The translations under genes were made by a program, and so were the position numbers. Positions 36,032 to 44,587 of a DNA stretch of 64,000 nucleotides are shown here, piece after piece. This stretch comes from an uncultured Bacteroidota bacterium (GTDB lineage Bacteria > Bacteroidota > Bacteroidia > Chitinophagales > Saprospiraceae). The notes under the pieces were generated by a model. The model had not been told where the DNA came from and ran no database searches. It saw nothing but the letters and a program-made list of their open reading frames with translations. The stretch is taken from assembly GCA_937861115.1 (NCBI GenBank), contig CALMBD010000011.1, forward strand, positions 985 to 64,984. The letters run 5' to 3'. Each line of letters opens with the position of its first letter. Within the stretch, counting starts at the first letter, position 1.

Positions 36032-36688
36032 TTACAAAACCCTGAACACCAACACGGCGCCAAACAACACCAAAAGAAGCCCAATGCCGCGTTGTACCCA
36101 AAGCGTATGTTCCGGGGTGAGGAAGCGCCGGACGCGTTTGGCCGCATAGGCCTTCAGTGTATCGGTCACCACAAGGGTGCCAAGCATGCCGCTGAAAAAT
36201 ATCATCACCTGCCTGTCGTTCCAACCGTTTGGAGCAAGCACCCCGCCTGCTATGCCGAGCCAGAAGAATACGGTAAAGGGGTTGACGGTATTCAACAAAA
36301 AACCGCGCAGCAGGTAGGCGACATAAGTTCGTTTATACCGAACTGTGCCGCCCTCCATTGGTTCACCTGAAGTTGAAATATGCTCCGTTTGGTTGCCGCC
36401 CATCGGTGTTCTGGAAAAAAACAAACTCCCCATGCCGAATGCTACCAACAGTATGCCGCCGCTTAGCCCGGCCCAAAGCTTGAAATTGGGAATTGAGGTA
36501 ACGGTGACGAGCGCATCCATGGCATAAAAGACAGCCAGAACGTACAACACATCGCTGATCCAGATACCGCCTGCAACAGCAAATCCCGCCCGAAATCCGC
36601 GCTCAATACCCGCCTGCACGATTGCAAAGAGCAGCGGCCCGACCATGAAACTCAGCGAAATGCCCAGTAAAACACCCTGGATCAACAT
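36032..36688 (-). CDS. LysE/RhtB-family amino-acid exporter
   Basis: I trimmed track ORF 36032-37003, whose N-terminal third overlaps the glutaminase gene. The start is at MLIQGVLLGISLSFMVGPLLFAIVQ, a typical LysE N-terminus, with an alternative Met at 36721. There are six hydrophobic segments, and NPFTVFFWLG is present. Confidence 0.75.
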   Translation of the reverse strand: MLIQGVLLGISLSFMVGPLLFAIVQAGIERGFRAGFAVAGGIWISDVLYVLAVFYAMDALVTVTSIPNFKLWAGLSGGILLVAFGMGSLFFSRTPMGGNQTEHISTSGEPMEGGTVRYKRTYVAYLLRGFLLNTVNPFTVFFWLGIAGGVLAPNGWNDRQVMIFFSGMLGTLVVTDTLKAYAAKRVRRFLTPEHTLWVQRGIGLLLVLFGAVLVFRVL

Positions 36689-36745
36689 AACAGGAATAGT
36701 CTGGGGGGCAAAAGTAAACATTCCGGCGCGCTTATCTTTGCCTCC

Positions 36746-37660
36746 ATGGATTACGCGACCATCATCAGCCATATCGCCGCCGAAGTGCAGCCCTTGTTTG
36801 GCCAGGGCACTGTGGCCTCCTACATCCCCGAACTCGGCAAGGTGAATCCCCGCCAGTTCGGCATCTGCCTGCAAATGAATACCGGCGGCATATACGAATA
36901 CGGTGACAGCCGAAAAAAGTTTTCCATACAGAGTATTTCCAAGGTGTTCACGCTCGGTATGGCATTCGGGCTGCTCGGCGAATCGCTCTGGCGACGCGTA
37001 CATGTGGAACCCTCGGGCTCTGCTTTCAATTCACTGGTACAACTGGAATTTGAACACGGCATCCCGCGCAACCCGCTCATCAACGCCGGGGCACTGGTGA
37101 TCACTGATATACTCGTATCGCATTTTGAAGACCCCAAAGCGGAAATGCTCCGCTTTGTACGCAGCCTCGCCGGATCGCCCGATATACAATTTAACGAACA
37201 GGTGGCCCGGTCCGAGCGGGAATCGGGCTACCGCAACTTCGCCCTGGCCTATTTTCTAAAATCCTTCGGCAACCTGCACAACGACGTGGAGGAGGTGCTC
37301 GACGTGTATTTCCACCAGTGCTCCATCGAGATGAATTGCGCCGAACTGGCCCACGCCATGCAATTGTTTTCCAACCACGGCATCGATCCGCATACCGGCC
37401 GGCGGCTGCTCACGGCCAGCCAGACCAAACGCCTGAATGCCATCATGCAAACCTGCGGATTCTACGACGAAGCCGGCGAATTTGCATTTGCCGTCGGGCT
37501 GCCCGGTAAAAGCGGCGTGGGCGGCGGCATCGCCGCCCTGTTGCCCGGGCACTACAGCATTGCCGTGTGGAGCCCGGAACTGAACGCAAGGGGAAATTCC
37601 GTATTGGGTATGAAAGCACTGGAATTGTTTACCACGATGACCGGGGCTTCGGTTTTTTGA
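36746..37660 (+). CDS. glsA: Glutaminase A
   Basis: Motifs seen: GTVASYIPELGKVNPRQFGICL, FSIQSISKVFTL, EPSG..FNS, NPLINAGALV and GLPGKSGVGGGIAALLPG. Confidence 0.9.
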   Translation: MDYATIISHIAAEVQPLFGQGTVASYIPELGKVNPRQFGICLQMNTGGIYEYGDSRKKFSIQSISKVFTLGMAFGLLGESLWRRVHVEPSGSAFNSLVQLEFEHGIPRNPLINAGALVITDILVSHFEDPKAEMLRFVRSLAGSPDIQFNEQVARSERESGYRNFALAYFLKSFGNLHNDVEEVLDVYFHQCSIEMNCAELAHAMQLFSNHGIDPHTGRRLLTASQTKRLNAIMQTCGFYDEAGEFAFAVGLPGKSGVGGGIAALLPGHYSIAVWSPELNARGNSVLGMKALELFTTMTGASVF

Positions 37661-37678
37661 CCTGCTAGTCAGTCCGGG

Positions 37679-37876
37679 TTACTTAATTTCCTCATAATCA
37701 ATATATTCCCCTTCATCGTCCAGCCGGTTTTTGGGCGTGGGCCGGGGTTCCGGGCCGGGCGGCGGCGGGCCGGGCGGACGGTAGGTCGGTGGCTTGGGGT
37801 TCGACGTCAGCAAGGGGCGAATGGCCTGGTAAACCCACAATATGGCCAGTATTGTAAAAATCCATTTCAGCAGCAT
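37679..37876 (-). CDS. Small Pro-rich membrane protein (DUF4834-like)
   Basis: 65 aa. It has one TM helix (WIFTILAILWVYQAI), a proline-rich tract (PPGPPPPGPEP), and an acidic C-terminus GEYIDYEEIK typical of DUF4834 as I recall it. Confidence 0.55.
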   Translation of the reverse strand: MLLKWIFTILAILWVYQAIRPLLTSNPKPPTYRPPGPPPPGPEPRPTPKNRLDDEGEYIDYEEIK

Positions 37877-37879
37877 AAC

Positions 37880-38791
37880 TCAGTTTGCCGGATTGCCGGC
37901 AGGTTCGTTTTTCCCAAAAATATGTTTGAGCAGCGGGTGCCCGAAAACGGCGGCGATGATGATCAGTACGCCCAGGTAAAATCCGGGGTTCAGGTCCTGG
38001 TCTTCCCGGAACAACAACGCTGCCAATAAAACGCCATAAACAGGTTCAAGGTTGATTGTCAGGTTGGTGGCGAAGGCCGAAATATGGCGCATGGCAAGCA
38101 AAGTTAAGTAATGCGGCCACAACGTGCACACCCAGGCCAGTATACCAAGCCACAGCCAGTCCCACGCATCGGGCATTACCGCCAGTTGCGGATCATTCCA
38201 GAGGGCAAAGGGCAGCAGCAGGGAAGTAACGGCCAGTGCGGCCGATAATTCCACAAAACTCATCGTGAGGGGGTGTGGCGGATGATCTTCGATCACTTTT
38301 TTGTTCAGGGCGGTAAAAACCGCCGCCAGCAGGGCGCCGACTATGCCCACGGCAAAGCCCATACGCATGTCCCAGTTGATATTGCCCACTACCAGCGCCA
38401 TGCCGGGAAGGATCAGGATTCCGAGGGCGAGTTCGTACCATTTGACCCGCCTGTGCAGCAGGAGCGGTTCGGTCAGAGCCGAAAAAAACGACGTAGTGGC
38501 CATCGACGCCACGGCAATGGAAGCATTAGAGAGCTTTATCGCGCCATAAAAGCAGAGCCAGTGAATTCCGATCAGGACGCCGATGACAACGAGGCGCCTG
38601 AAAGTGCGGCGCTCCAGCCCGAACAGCCTGCTGGCGGGCAGCACCAGATACAGGGTAACACTACAGAGGAGCACCCGCCACCATACCAGCGGAAGCGCCT
38701 GCAGGGAGATCAGTTTGCCTAAAATGGCCGTAAATCCCCAGATAAAGACGCAAAAGTGCAGGTAGAGGTATGCGCGGAGCTTGTCGTTCAT
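37880..38791 (-). CDS. EamA/DMT-family transporter
   Basis: I trimmed the start to MNDKLRAYLYLHFCVFIWGFTAILGK. There are about 10 TM segments in a duplicated EamA-like arrangement. Confidence 0.8.
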   Translation of the reverse strand: MNDKLRAYLYLHFCVFIWGFTAILGKLISLQALPLVWWRVLLCSVTLYLVLPASRLFGLERRTFRRLVVIGVLIGIHWLCFYGAIKLSNASIAVASMATTSFFSALTEPLLLHRRVKWYELALGILILPGMALVVGNINWDMRMGFAVGIVGALLAAVFTALNKKVIEDHPPHPLTMSFVELSAALAVTSLLLPFALWNDPQLAVMPDAWDWLWLGILAWVCTLWPHYLTLLAMRHISAFATNLTINLEPVYGVLLAALLFREDQDLNPGFYLGVLIIIAAVFGHPLLKHIFGKNEPAGNPAN

Positions 38792-38921
38792 ATAAAACAG
38801 CAAAAGTAAGGTGTTCGATCCACCGCAGTGCAACCGGGTATCAAATAGAAAAGCCGCCTCGCACTTTCGCGGGCGGCTTTTCTATGCTTGGTGTTTGTTT
38901 TGTTTTGGGAGGGTATTAAAA

Positions 38922-39857
38922 TCAGGGAAGGATCACTTTATCGATAGCGTGTACAACGCCATTGGAGCCTTGTACGTCTGTTGCAATGATGTTGGACGTG
39001 CGGTTTTGCGCGTCAACGATCTTAACGCCGCCCGTCAGGTCGATTTTGAACGTGCCACCCTGGAAGGTTGTCACAACCTGCTCGTCGCTGAGTTGGGTGG
39101 AAAGTACGTTTGCGCCGTCGACCACATGGTATTGCAGCACGGCATTGAGCGTTGCTGCAGGGATATCGTCGAGGCTGGTGGCATTCAACTCGGTCAGCAG
39201 CGCTGCAAAAGCGTCGTTGGTTGGTGCAAATACCGTGAACGGACCGTCGCCGGAAAGGAGACCTACATAATCAACGCCGAGATCGGAGCGGGTCAGCGCT
39301 GCTACCAGGATGCTGAAGTTGGGGTTGTTGAGCGCCTGGTCGACTACCGTAGGCGGTACGATTACCTTGTTGATGATGTGTACCACACCGTTGGAGGCCT
39401 GTACGTCGGCGGTGGTGACGGTCGAGCCGCCCACTTTAACGCCGCTGGAGAGGTCAACAAACAGGCTCAGGTAGCTGGTCGTGCTGCCAAAAGGAAGCAG
39501 GGTTTTTACATAGCCTGTGCTCAGGGCGTTCGATTTTACTTCACCGCTGACCACGTGGTTGAGCAGGATGTTTTTCAGTACATCAACCGGCACATCTTCC
39601 AGTTTGGTCAGGCCAAGCGAGGTAAGGAGATCGCTGAAGGCTTGATTGGTAGGGGCAAAAACGGTGAGTTTGTTATCGCTGCTCAGCGCATCGACGAGAC
39701 CTGCACGCCCGACGGCTGCAACCAGGGTGCTGAGATCAGGATTGCTTTGCGCCAGTTCGACAATGTTCTTCGGTGCGCCATTGTCGGTGTCTTTACATGC
39801 CGTAAACGCGAGAGCAGATACCAGGATGATGGAAAGGCTAAAAAGTAGATTCTTCAT
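38922..39857 (-). CDS. Fasciclin (FAS1) domain lipoprotein with two FAS1 repeats
   Basis: The lipobox is LAFTAC. The pattern repeats twice: LTVFAPTNQAF...VLKNILLNHVV...NGVVHIINKVI, then FTVFAPTNDAF...LNAVLQYHVV...NGVVHAIDKVILP. Confidence 0.85.
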   Translation of the reverse strand: MKNLLFSLSIILVSALAFTACKDTDNGAPKNIVELAQSNPDLSTLVAAVGRAGLVDALSSDNKLTVFAPTNQAFSDLLTSLGLTKLEDVPVDVLKNILLNHVVSGEVKSNALSTGYVKTLLPFGSTTSYLSLFVDLSSGVKVGGSTVTTADVQASNGVVHIINKVIVPPTVVDQALNNPNFSILVAALTRSDLGVDYVGLLSGDGPFTVFAPTNDAFAALLTELNATSLDDIPAATLNAVLQYHVVDGANVLSTQLSDEQVVTTFQGGTFKIDLTGGVKIVDAQNRTSNIIATDVQGSNGVVHAIDKVILP

Positions 39858-40097
39858 GTCTTTGAATGTTGTTGTGTAATTAGAGTAGTGTTTGCATTAA
39901 TGAGGACTATAACGCCCCGATCCACATATTGTTTAATCTTTTTAAATAAAAGAAATGTAAAAATTAAACAAAACGCACTGCTTTCCTCAACTTGCCGTGC
40001 TGCAAATTTTCCCGGCGTCTTTTTCCGGCGTTTCAAAATATCTGTTTCCATCCGGCGAAATCTGCAGAAAACTATATGCTGGTGACGGTACCTTTTC

Positions 40098-40105
40098 TAC
40101 ATTTG
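40098..40105 (+). promoter_or_regulatory. Candidate -7 promoter box for the nucleoside permease gene
   Basis: TACATTTG matches TAnnTTTG and lies 35 nt upstream of ATG 40140. Confidence 0.35.
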
Positions 40106-40139
40106 GCCGTTCATCAATTCAATACGAAAACAACATATC

Positions 40140-41348
40140 ATGAACTTAAACATTCGCCTGCAACTTTCCCTGATGATGTTCCTGGAGTTTTTCATCTGGG
40201 GAGCATGGTTTGTCACCATGGGCACCTATCTCAGCAAGAATCTCAGTGCCACGGGCGTCCAGACCGGGCTGGCCTATCAGACCCAAAGTATCGGGGCCAT
40301 TATTGCGCCTTTTATTATCGGGCTCATTGCCGACCGTTTTTTTTCGGCCCAGCGTATTCTGGGCGTCTTGCACCTGCTGGGCGCTGCAGCGCTCTGGTAT
40401 GCGGCCCGGCAGCCCGATTTTGGCGGGTTTTACCCCATCATCCTTATATATATGGTATTGTACATGCCTACACTGGCGCTGGTCAACGCTGTTTCGTTTC
40501 GCCAGATGGCAGACCCCTCCACAGAGTTTCCCAAAGTGCGGGTATTGGGTACCATCGGCTGGATTGTCGCCGGTCTGCTGATCGGGTTTATGGCCTGGGA
40601 GACCAGCAATTCGCTGAGTAATACCTTTATGATGGCGGCTGCGGCTTCGGCCATTCTGGGTGTTTTCAGTTTTTTCCTGCCTGATACGCCTCCTCCCAAG
40701 GCCAAGGACGCAAACATCAATATTGCCGACCTGCTGGGACTCGATGCACTTGGGCTGCTGAAAAACCGCTCTTTCCTGATCTTTTTCCTCGGCTCGGTGA
40801 TGGTATGCGTGCCCCTTGCCTTTTACTACAACTTTACCAACCAGTTTCTGAATGAGGCCGGTGTAAGCGGCGCCGCCGGGAAAATGAGCATGGGCCAGAT
40901 GAGCGAAGTGTTGTTCATGCTGGTGCTGCCGTGGCTGCTGGCGCGCTGGGGTGTGAAAAAAATGTTGCTCATCGGCATGGCTGCCTGGGTGTTGCGCTAC
41001 CTGATGTTCGCGTTCGGCGATACCGGCGCCAACTACTGGATGCTGGTGACGGGTATCCTGCTGCACGGCATCTGTTACGATTTCTTCTTTGTCACCGGCC
41101 AGATCTATACCGACCAGAAAGCGGGCGCGCGTTTTAAAAGCGCTGCCCAGGGCCTGATCACGCTGGCTACCTATGGTGTGGGCATGTTCATCGGCTCGTA
41201 TATCAGCGGACTGGTTGTAGACAAATATGCCGTGGCCGATGGCCACAACTGGCAACAGGTATGGCTGGTGCCGGCGGGTATCGCCTTTGCCGTACTGGCT
41301 GGTTTTGCCATCTTTTTCCGGCAGGAGCAGGAGCCGGCAACAACTTGA
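40140..41348 (+). CDS. MFS nucleoside:H+ symporter (NupG/XapB-like)
   Basis: MNLNIRLQLSLMMFLEFFIWGAWFVTMGTYL is a typical Nuc_H_symport N-terminus. The protein has 12 TM segments. Confidence 0.8.
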   Translation: MNLNIRLQLSLMMFLEFFIWGAWFVTMGTYLSKNLSATGVQTGLAYQTQSIGAIIAPFIIGLIADRFFSAQRILGVLHLLGAAALWYAARQPDFGGFYPIILIYMVLYMPTLALVNAVSFRQMADPSTEFPKVRVLGTIGWIVAGLLIGFMAWETSNSLSNTFMMAAAASAILGVFSFFLPDTPPPKAKDANINIADLLGLDALGLLKNRSFLIFFLGSVMVCVPLAFYYNFTNQFLNEAGVSGAAGKMSMGQMSEVLFMLVLPWLLARWGVKKMLLIGMAAWVLRYLMFAFGDTGANYWMLVTGILLHGICYDFFFVTGQIYTDQKAGARFKSAAQGLITLATYGVGMFIGSYISGLVVDKYAVADGHNWQQVWLVPAGIAFAVLAGFAIFFRQEQEPATT

Positions 41349-41376
41349 GGGTGTATCCGGCATCCCGCAGGACTGC

Positions 41377-42312
41377 CTACCGCTTTACTGCGCGCAGAAA
41401 TGACCGCTTGTAGTCTGTCGAAATGATTTCGATGAAGTAGACGCCGGCGGGCAGGCGACTGGTATTGACGGTTCCCGGTACAGGGGCCGTCAGCACCATT
41501 GCCGGGCGGCCGGTCGCGTCGAGCAGGCGCACCGATGCAATGGGCTTTCCTGCAGGGACTGAAAAGGATATCTGGTCGCTGAACGGGTTGGGTGAAAAGG
41601 TATATGCCGTCTCTTCTGTTATGGTTTCTTTCGCATCGGTGAGGGCATCACAGTTTGAACTGGCGACCTTATATTCGAACAAGTCGTTTTCGTAGCGGCA
41701 CAGGAACCATTCAGGGCCGTCTGCCGCCCCTGAATTGACTTCATCCAGAAAAAAGTGGTGACCTTCCGGGTAAATGATGTTGTTGGCAAGGTCTTTACAC
41801 TCGCCGTTGATCATGCCGATTTTTTCAACAATCAGGGCGCTGCAATTTCCAACCCCGAACAAGGTGCTCGTTCTGACCGTTTGGACACGCAGGGACTGCC
41901 CGTTGATGAACATAACGCCGTTGTTTTCGACAACATAACTGAATACGCTGTTGCCGTTCCAGTACTCGGGTATGGCTACCGAGTCGCCAACTTCAAGATC
42001 GAAGTTGTATGTCAGATTGTACTGGTTGGTAATGCCGTTCCAGCAGTAGATGGTGTCACCGCTCTGGCGAACAATGCGCAAATCGGTATTGTCGGGCACC
42101 GAATTCATGTCCCTGAAGCGTTTCATTACGATGGCGGGATGGCCCCCGAGCACGGTGTCGCCTTCTATGGAGACATATTCATAACCGCTGCCGGCAAAAC
42201 CAAAAGTGAAATAATTGACCCATTCGGGATTGTTTTCAAACCAGTTTTGGGCATAAAGGCTACCACCTTGAAACAAGAAAAGGCATACAAACGGCAGGTA
42301 AATATTTTTCAT
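41377..42312 (-). CDS. Secreted protein of unknown function with a T9SS C-terminal sorting domain
   Basis: I trimmed the start to MKNIYLPFVCLFLFQGGSLYAQ. The C-terminus FSPNPFSDQISFSV...GVYFIEIISTDYKRSFLRAVKR is a T9SS CTD. Confidence 0.6.
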   Translation of the reverse strand: MKNIYLPFVCLFLFQGGSLYAQNWFENNPEWVNYFTFGFAGSGYEYVSIEGDTVLGGHPAIVMKRFRDMNSVPDNTDLRIVRQSGDTIYCWNGITNQYNLTYNFDLEVGDSVAIPEYWNGNSVFSYVVENNGVMFINGQSLRVQTVRTSTLFGVGNCSALIVEKIGMINGECKDLANNIIYPEGHHFFLDEVNSGAADGPEWFLCRYENDLFEYKVASSNCDALTDAKETITEETAYTFSPNPFSDQISFSVPAGKPIASVRLLDATGRPAMVLTAPVPGTVNTSRLPAGVYFIEIISTDYKRSFLRAVKR

Positions 42313-42428
42313 GGTAAATATGTTTGGTGTAAATGCAAGACACGCCGCCGCCTGAAAAAGTTGGCCCCTGACAGTTCTTTTTTCAAAAACACAAAACATT
42401 ACGCCCACCTGACCATTACATAACACAC

Positions 42429-42456
42429 CACTTATCACTTATCACTTAACACTTAA
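42429..42456. repeat. Four tandem copies of a 7-mer (CACTTAT x2, CACTTAA x2)
   Basis: CACTTATCACTTATCACTTAACACTTAA lies directly upstream of ATG 42467. Confidence 0.8.
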
Positions 42457-42466
42457 CGCTCCCCCC

Positions 42467-42709
42467 ATGTGGCACGAAGAAAAAAATCGCCTCCAGGCTA
42501 CCTTTAAATTTAAGGACTTTGCCGAGGCATTCGCATTTATGACCGAAGTGGCGCTACACGCCGAAAAACGAAACCACCATCCCTCCTGGAGCAATGTGTG
42601 GAACTCCGTTGAAATTCAACTCACTACCCACGACGCCGGCAATATTGTGACCGATAAGGACCGCAAACTGGCTGAAGTAATCGATGTGATATATTCAAAA
42701 TACGGTTGA
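42467..42709 (+). CDS. 4a-hydroxytetrahydrobiopterin (pterin-4-alpha-carbinolamine) dehydratase
   Basis: 80 aa. FKDFAEAFAFMTEVALHAEKRNHHPSWSNVWNSVEIQLTTHDAGNIVTDKD matches the PCD pattern (HHP...V.I.L.THD). Confidence 0.85.
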   Translation: MWHEEKNRLQATFKFKDFAEAFAFMTEVALHAEKRNHHPSWSNVWNSVEIQLTTHDAGNIVTDKDRKLAEVIDVIYSKYG

Positions 42710-42770
42710 ATATATTTCCTCAAAATACCGGAATATTGCCTCCCGAACCCTGTCATAATTCTGCCCAGCC

Positions 42771-43913
42771 ATGCAAATCCAGTCGAAGTTGCCCAACGTG
42801 GGCACCACTATCTTCACCGTCATGTCCGGCCTGGCCAATCAGGTTGGCGCCATCAACCTCTCCCAGGGTTTCCCCAATTTCAATCCTTCCGAACGGCTGC
42901 AAAGCCTCGTGACGGAGCACATGGCAAGCGGCGACAACCAATATTCTCCCATGCCTGGCGTACTGCGGCTGCGCGAACGCATTGCGGAGAAGATTGCGCG
43001 GATGTACGCCGTCAGGGTCGATCCCGACACCGAGATCACTGTGACGGCCGGCGGCACCCAGGCTATTTTCTGCGCCATCGCCGCTTTCGTGCGGCCGGGC
43101 GACGAGGTGATCTTGCTCGAACCCTGCTACGACTCCTACCGGCCTTCGGTGGAGACGGTCGGCGGAGTTCCCGTAGTGCATACGCTGTCGGCTCCGGATT
43201 ATGCCGTGGACTGGAATGCCGTGCGCCGCCTCATCACCCCCCGAACCCGGATGCTGTGTATCAACACCCCGCAAAATCCGACGGGCACCATCCTGAACGA
43301 TGCGGACATGCGCGCCATCGACGCCATGCTGCGCGGTACCGACGTGCTGCTGATGAGCGACGAGGTGTATGAACACCTGATTTTCGACGGTGAGCCCCAT
43401 GCCTCGGTGCTGCGTTATCCGGAGCTCTATGCGCGATCCCTGGCGATATATTCCTTTGGAAAGACCTACCACAACACCGGCTGGAAAACGGGCTACTGCG
43501 TAGCGCCGCCCGAACTGACGCGCGAATTCCGGAAAGTACACCAGTTCAATGTGTTCTCTGCCAACCACCCGATGCAGGCGGCCTTTGCCGACTTCATGGC
43601 CGATCCGGCGGAATACCTCGGCTTGCCGGATTTTTACCAGCGGAAACGCGATTTCTTCCTCGATGCCATGGCCGGCACGCGTTTCAGACCGCTGCCCTGC
43701 AAGGGCACGTATTTTCAGTTGTTCGACTATTCCGGCATCAGCGACGAGCCTGATCTGGATTTTTGCAAACGCCTCACCACGGAATTCGGTGTGGCGGCCA
43801 TTCCCGTTTCGTCCTTCCATTCCGACGGAAGGGACGACAAGGTGGTGCGCTTTTGTTTTGCCAAAACGGAAGATCTGCTGGAACAGGCCGGGCGGCTTCT
43901 GGAGCGCGTATAA
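42771..43913 (+). CDS. PLP-dependent class I/II aminotransferase (YbdL/methionine aminotransferase-like)
   Basis: Motifs seen: SKLPNVGTTIFTVMSGLA....INLSQGFPNF, NQYSPMPG, INTPQNPTG and YSFGKTYHNTGWKTGY (the PLP lysine). Confidence 0.85.
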   Translation: MQIQSKLPNVGTTIFTVMSGLANQVGAINLSQGFPNFNPSERLQSLVTEHMASGDNQYSPMPGVLRLRERIAEKIARMYAVRVDPDTEITVTAGGTQAIFCAIAAFVRPGDEVILLEPCYDSYRPSVETVGGVPVVHTLSAPDYAVDWNAVRRLITPRTRMLCINTPQNPTGTILNDADMRAIDAMLRGTDVLLMSDEVYEHLIFDGEPHASVLRYPELYARSLAIYSFGKTYHNTGWKTGYCVAPPELTREFRKVHQFNVFSANHPMQAAFADFMADPAEYLGLPDFYQRKRDFFLDAMAGTRFRPLPCKGTYFQLFDYSGISDEPDLDFCKRLTTEFGVAAIPVSSFHSDGRDDKVVRFCFAKTEDLLEQAGRLLERV

Positions 43914-43915
43914 TT

Positions 43916-44542
43916 CTATTTTTCATACAGCATTTGCTGGAAACACTCAAAGTACCGCCCCACATGGATGCCATCCATCAGGGCATGGTGTACCTCTACC
44001 GACACGGGCATGAGCAGTTTGTCGCCCTGTTCTGCAAATTTTCCGAAAACGATCTTGGGAATGGAGTCTTCCCGTCCCCAACGCCGCGCGTGTTTAAAAC
44101 TGGAAAATGAAATCCAGGGAATCACCGAGTAATGGATCATATCGTATGCTTCGTCGCGAGCGTCGAGACCGGGATTGTTTCGTTCCCGGTCTATCAGCAT
44201 CAGCCCTTCCCGAACAAACGTTTCCAGGTCGGCCCGGAAGTCAAAATAGCAGAACCGGAACGTTTCGTCGGGCATCAGGATCGTGGAGCCTGCATGAACG
44301 GTGTCGTAACATACCACATCGCCGTGGCGCAGGCGCAGGCGGAACGCTTCCACCTCATTGGCAGCGCGCAGGGACCAATAGAGATAGTTCAGGAAAAAAG
44401 AACTGTGCTCCTCCCTGCAACGCCGGTAGCACGCCGTAACATCCACGGTTGCGGTGATGTTAAAGAAAGGATCGTCGAAATTCTTGAAAAACGCATACGC
44501 GTGGCGACGACTCCACTTTTCTGTATCGACCCTGGTAAACAT
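43916..44542 (-). CDS. cat: Chloramphenicol O-acetyltransferase-family protein (type A CAT fold)
   Basis: 208 aa. W.RRHAYAFFKNFDDPFFNITATVDVT, IPWISFSSFKHA, and MPVSVEVHHALMDGIHVGRYF, which carries the catalytic HH..DG.H motif. Confidence 0.8.
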   Translation of the reverse strand: MFTRVDTEKWSRRHAYAFFKNFDDPFFNITATVDVTACYRRCREEHSSFFLNYLYWSLRAANEVEAFRLRLRHGDVVCYDTVHAGSTILMPDETFRFCYFDFRADLETFVREGLMLIDRERNNPGLDARDEAYDMIHYSVIPWISFSSFKHARRWGREDSIPKIVFGKFAEQGDKLLMPVSVEVHHALMDGIHVGRYFECFQQMLYEK

Positions 44543-44587
44543 GTCCGCAAAAATATGTTCCGGCAGGCAAAATTCGGGTATCCTGTT

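Noticed and set aside
38811-41363. ORFs 38811-39848 (plus, 345 aa) and 40146-41363 (minus, 405 aa)
   Set aside because: They are antisense to the fasciclin lipoprotein gene and the NupG-like permease gene. Their translations lack TM or domain logic.
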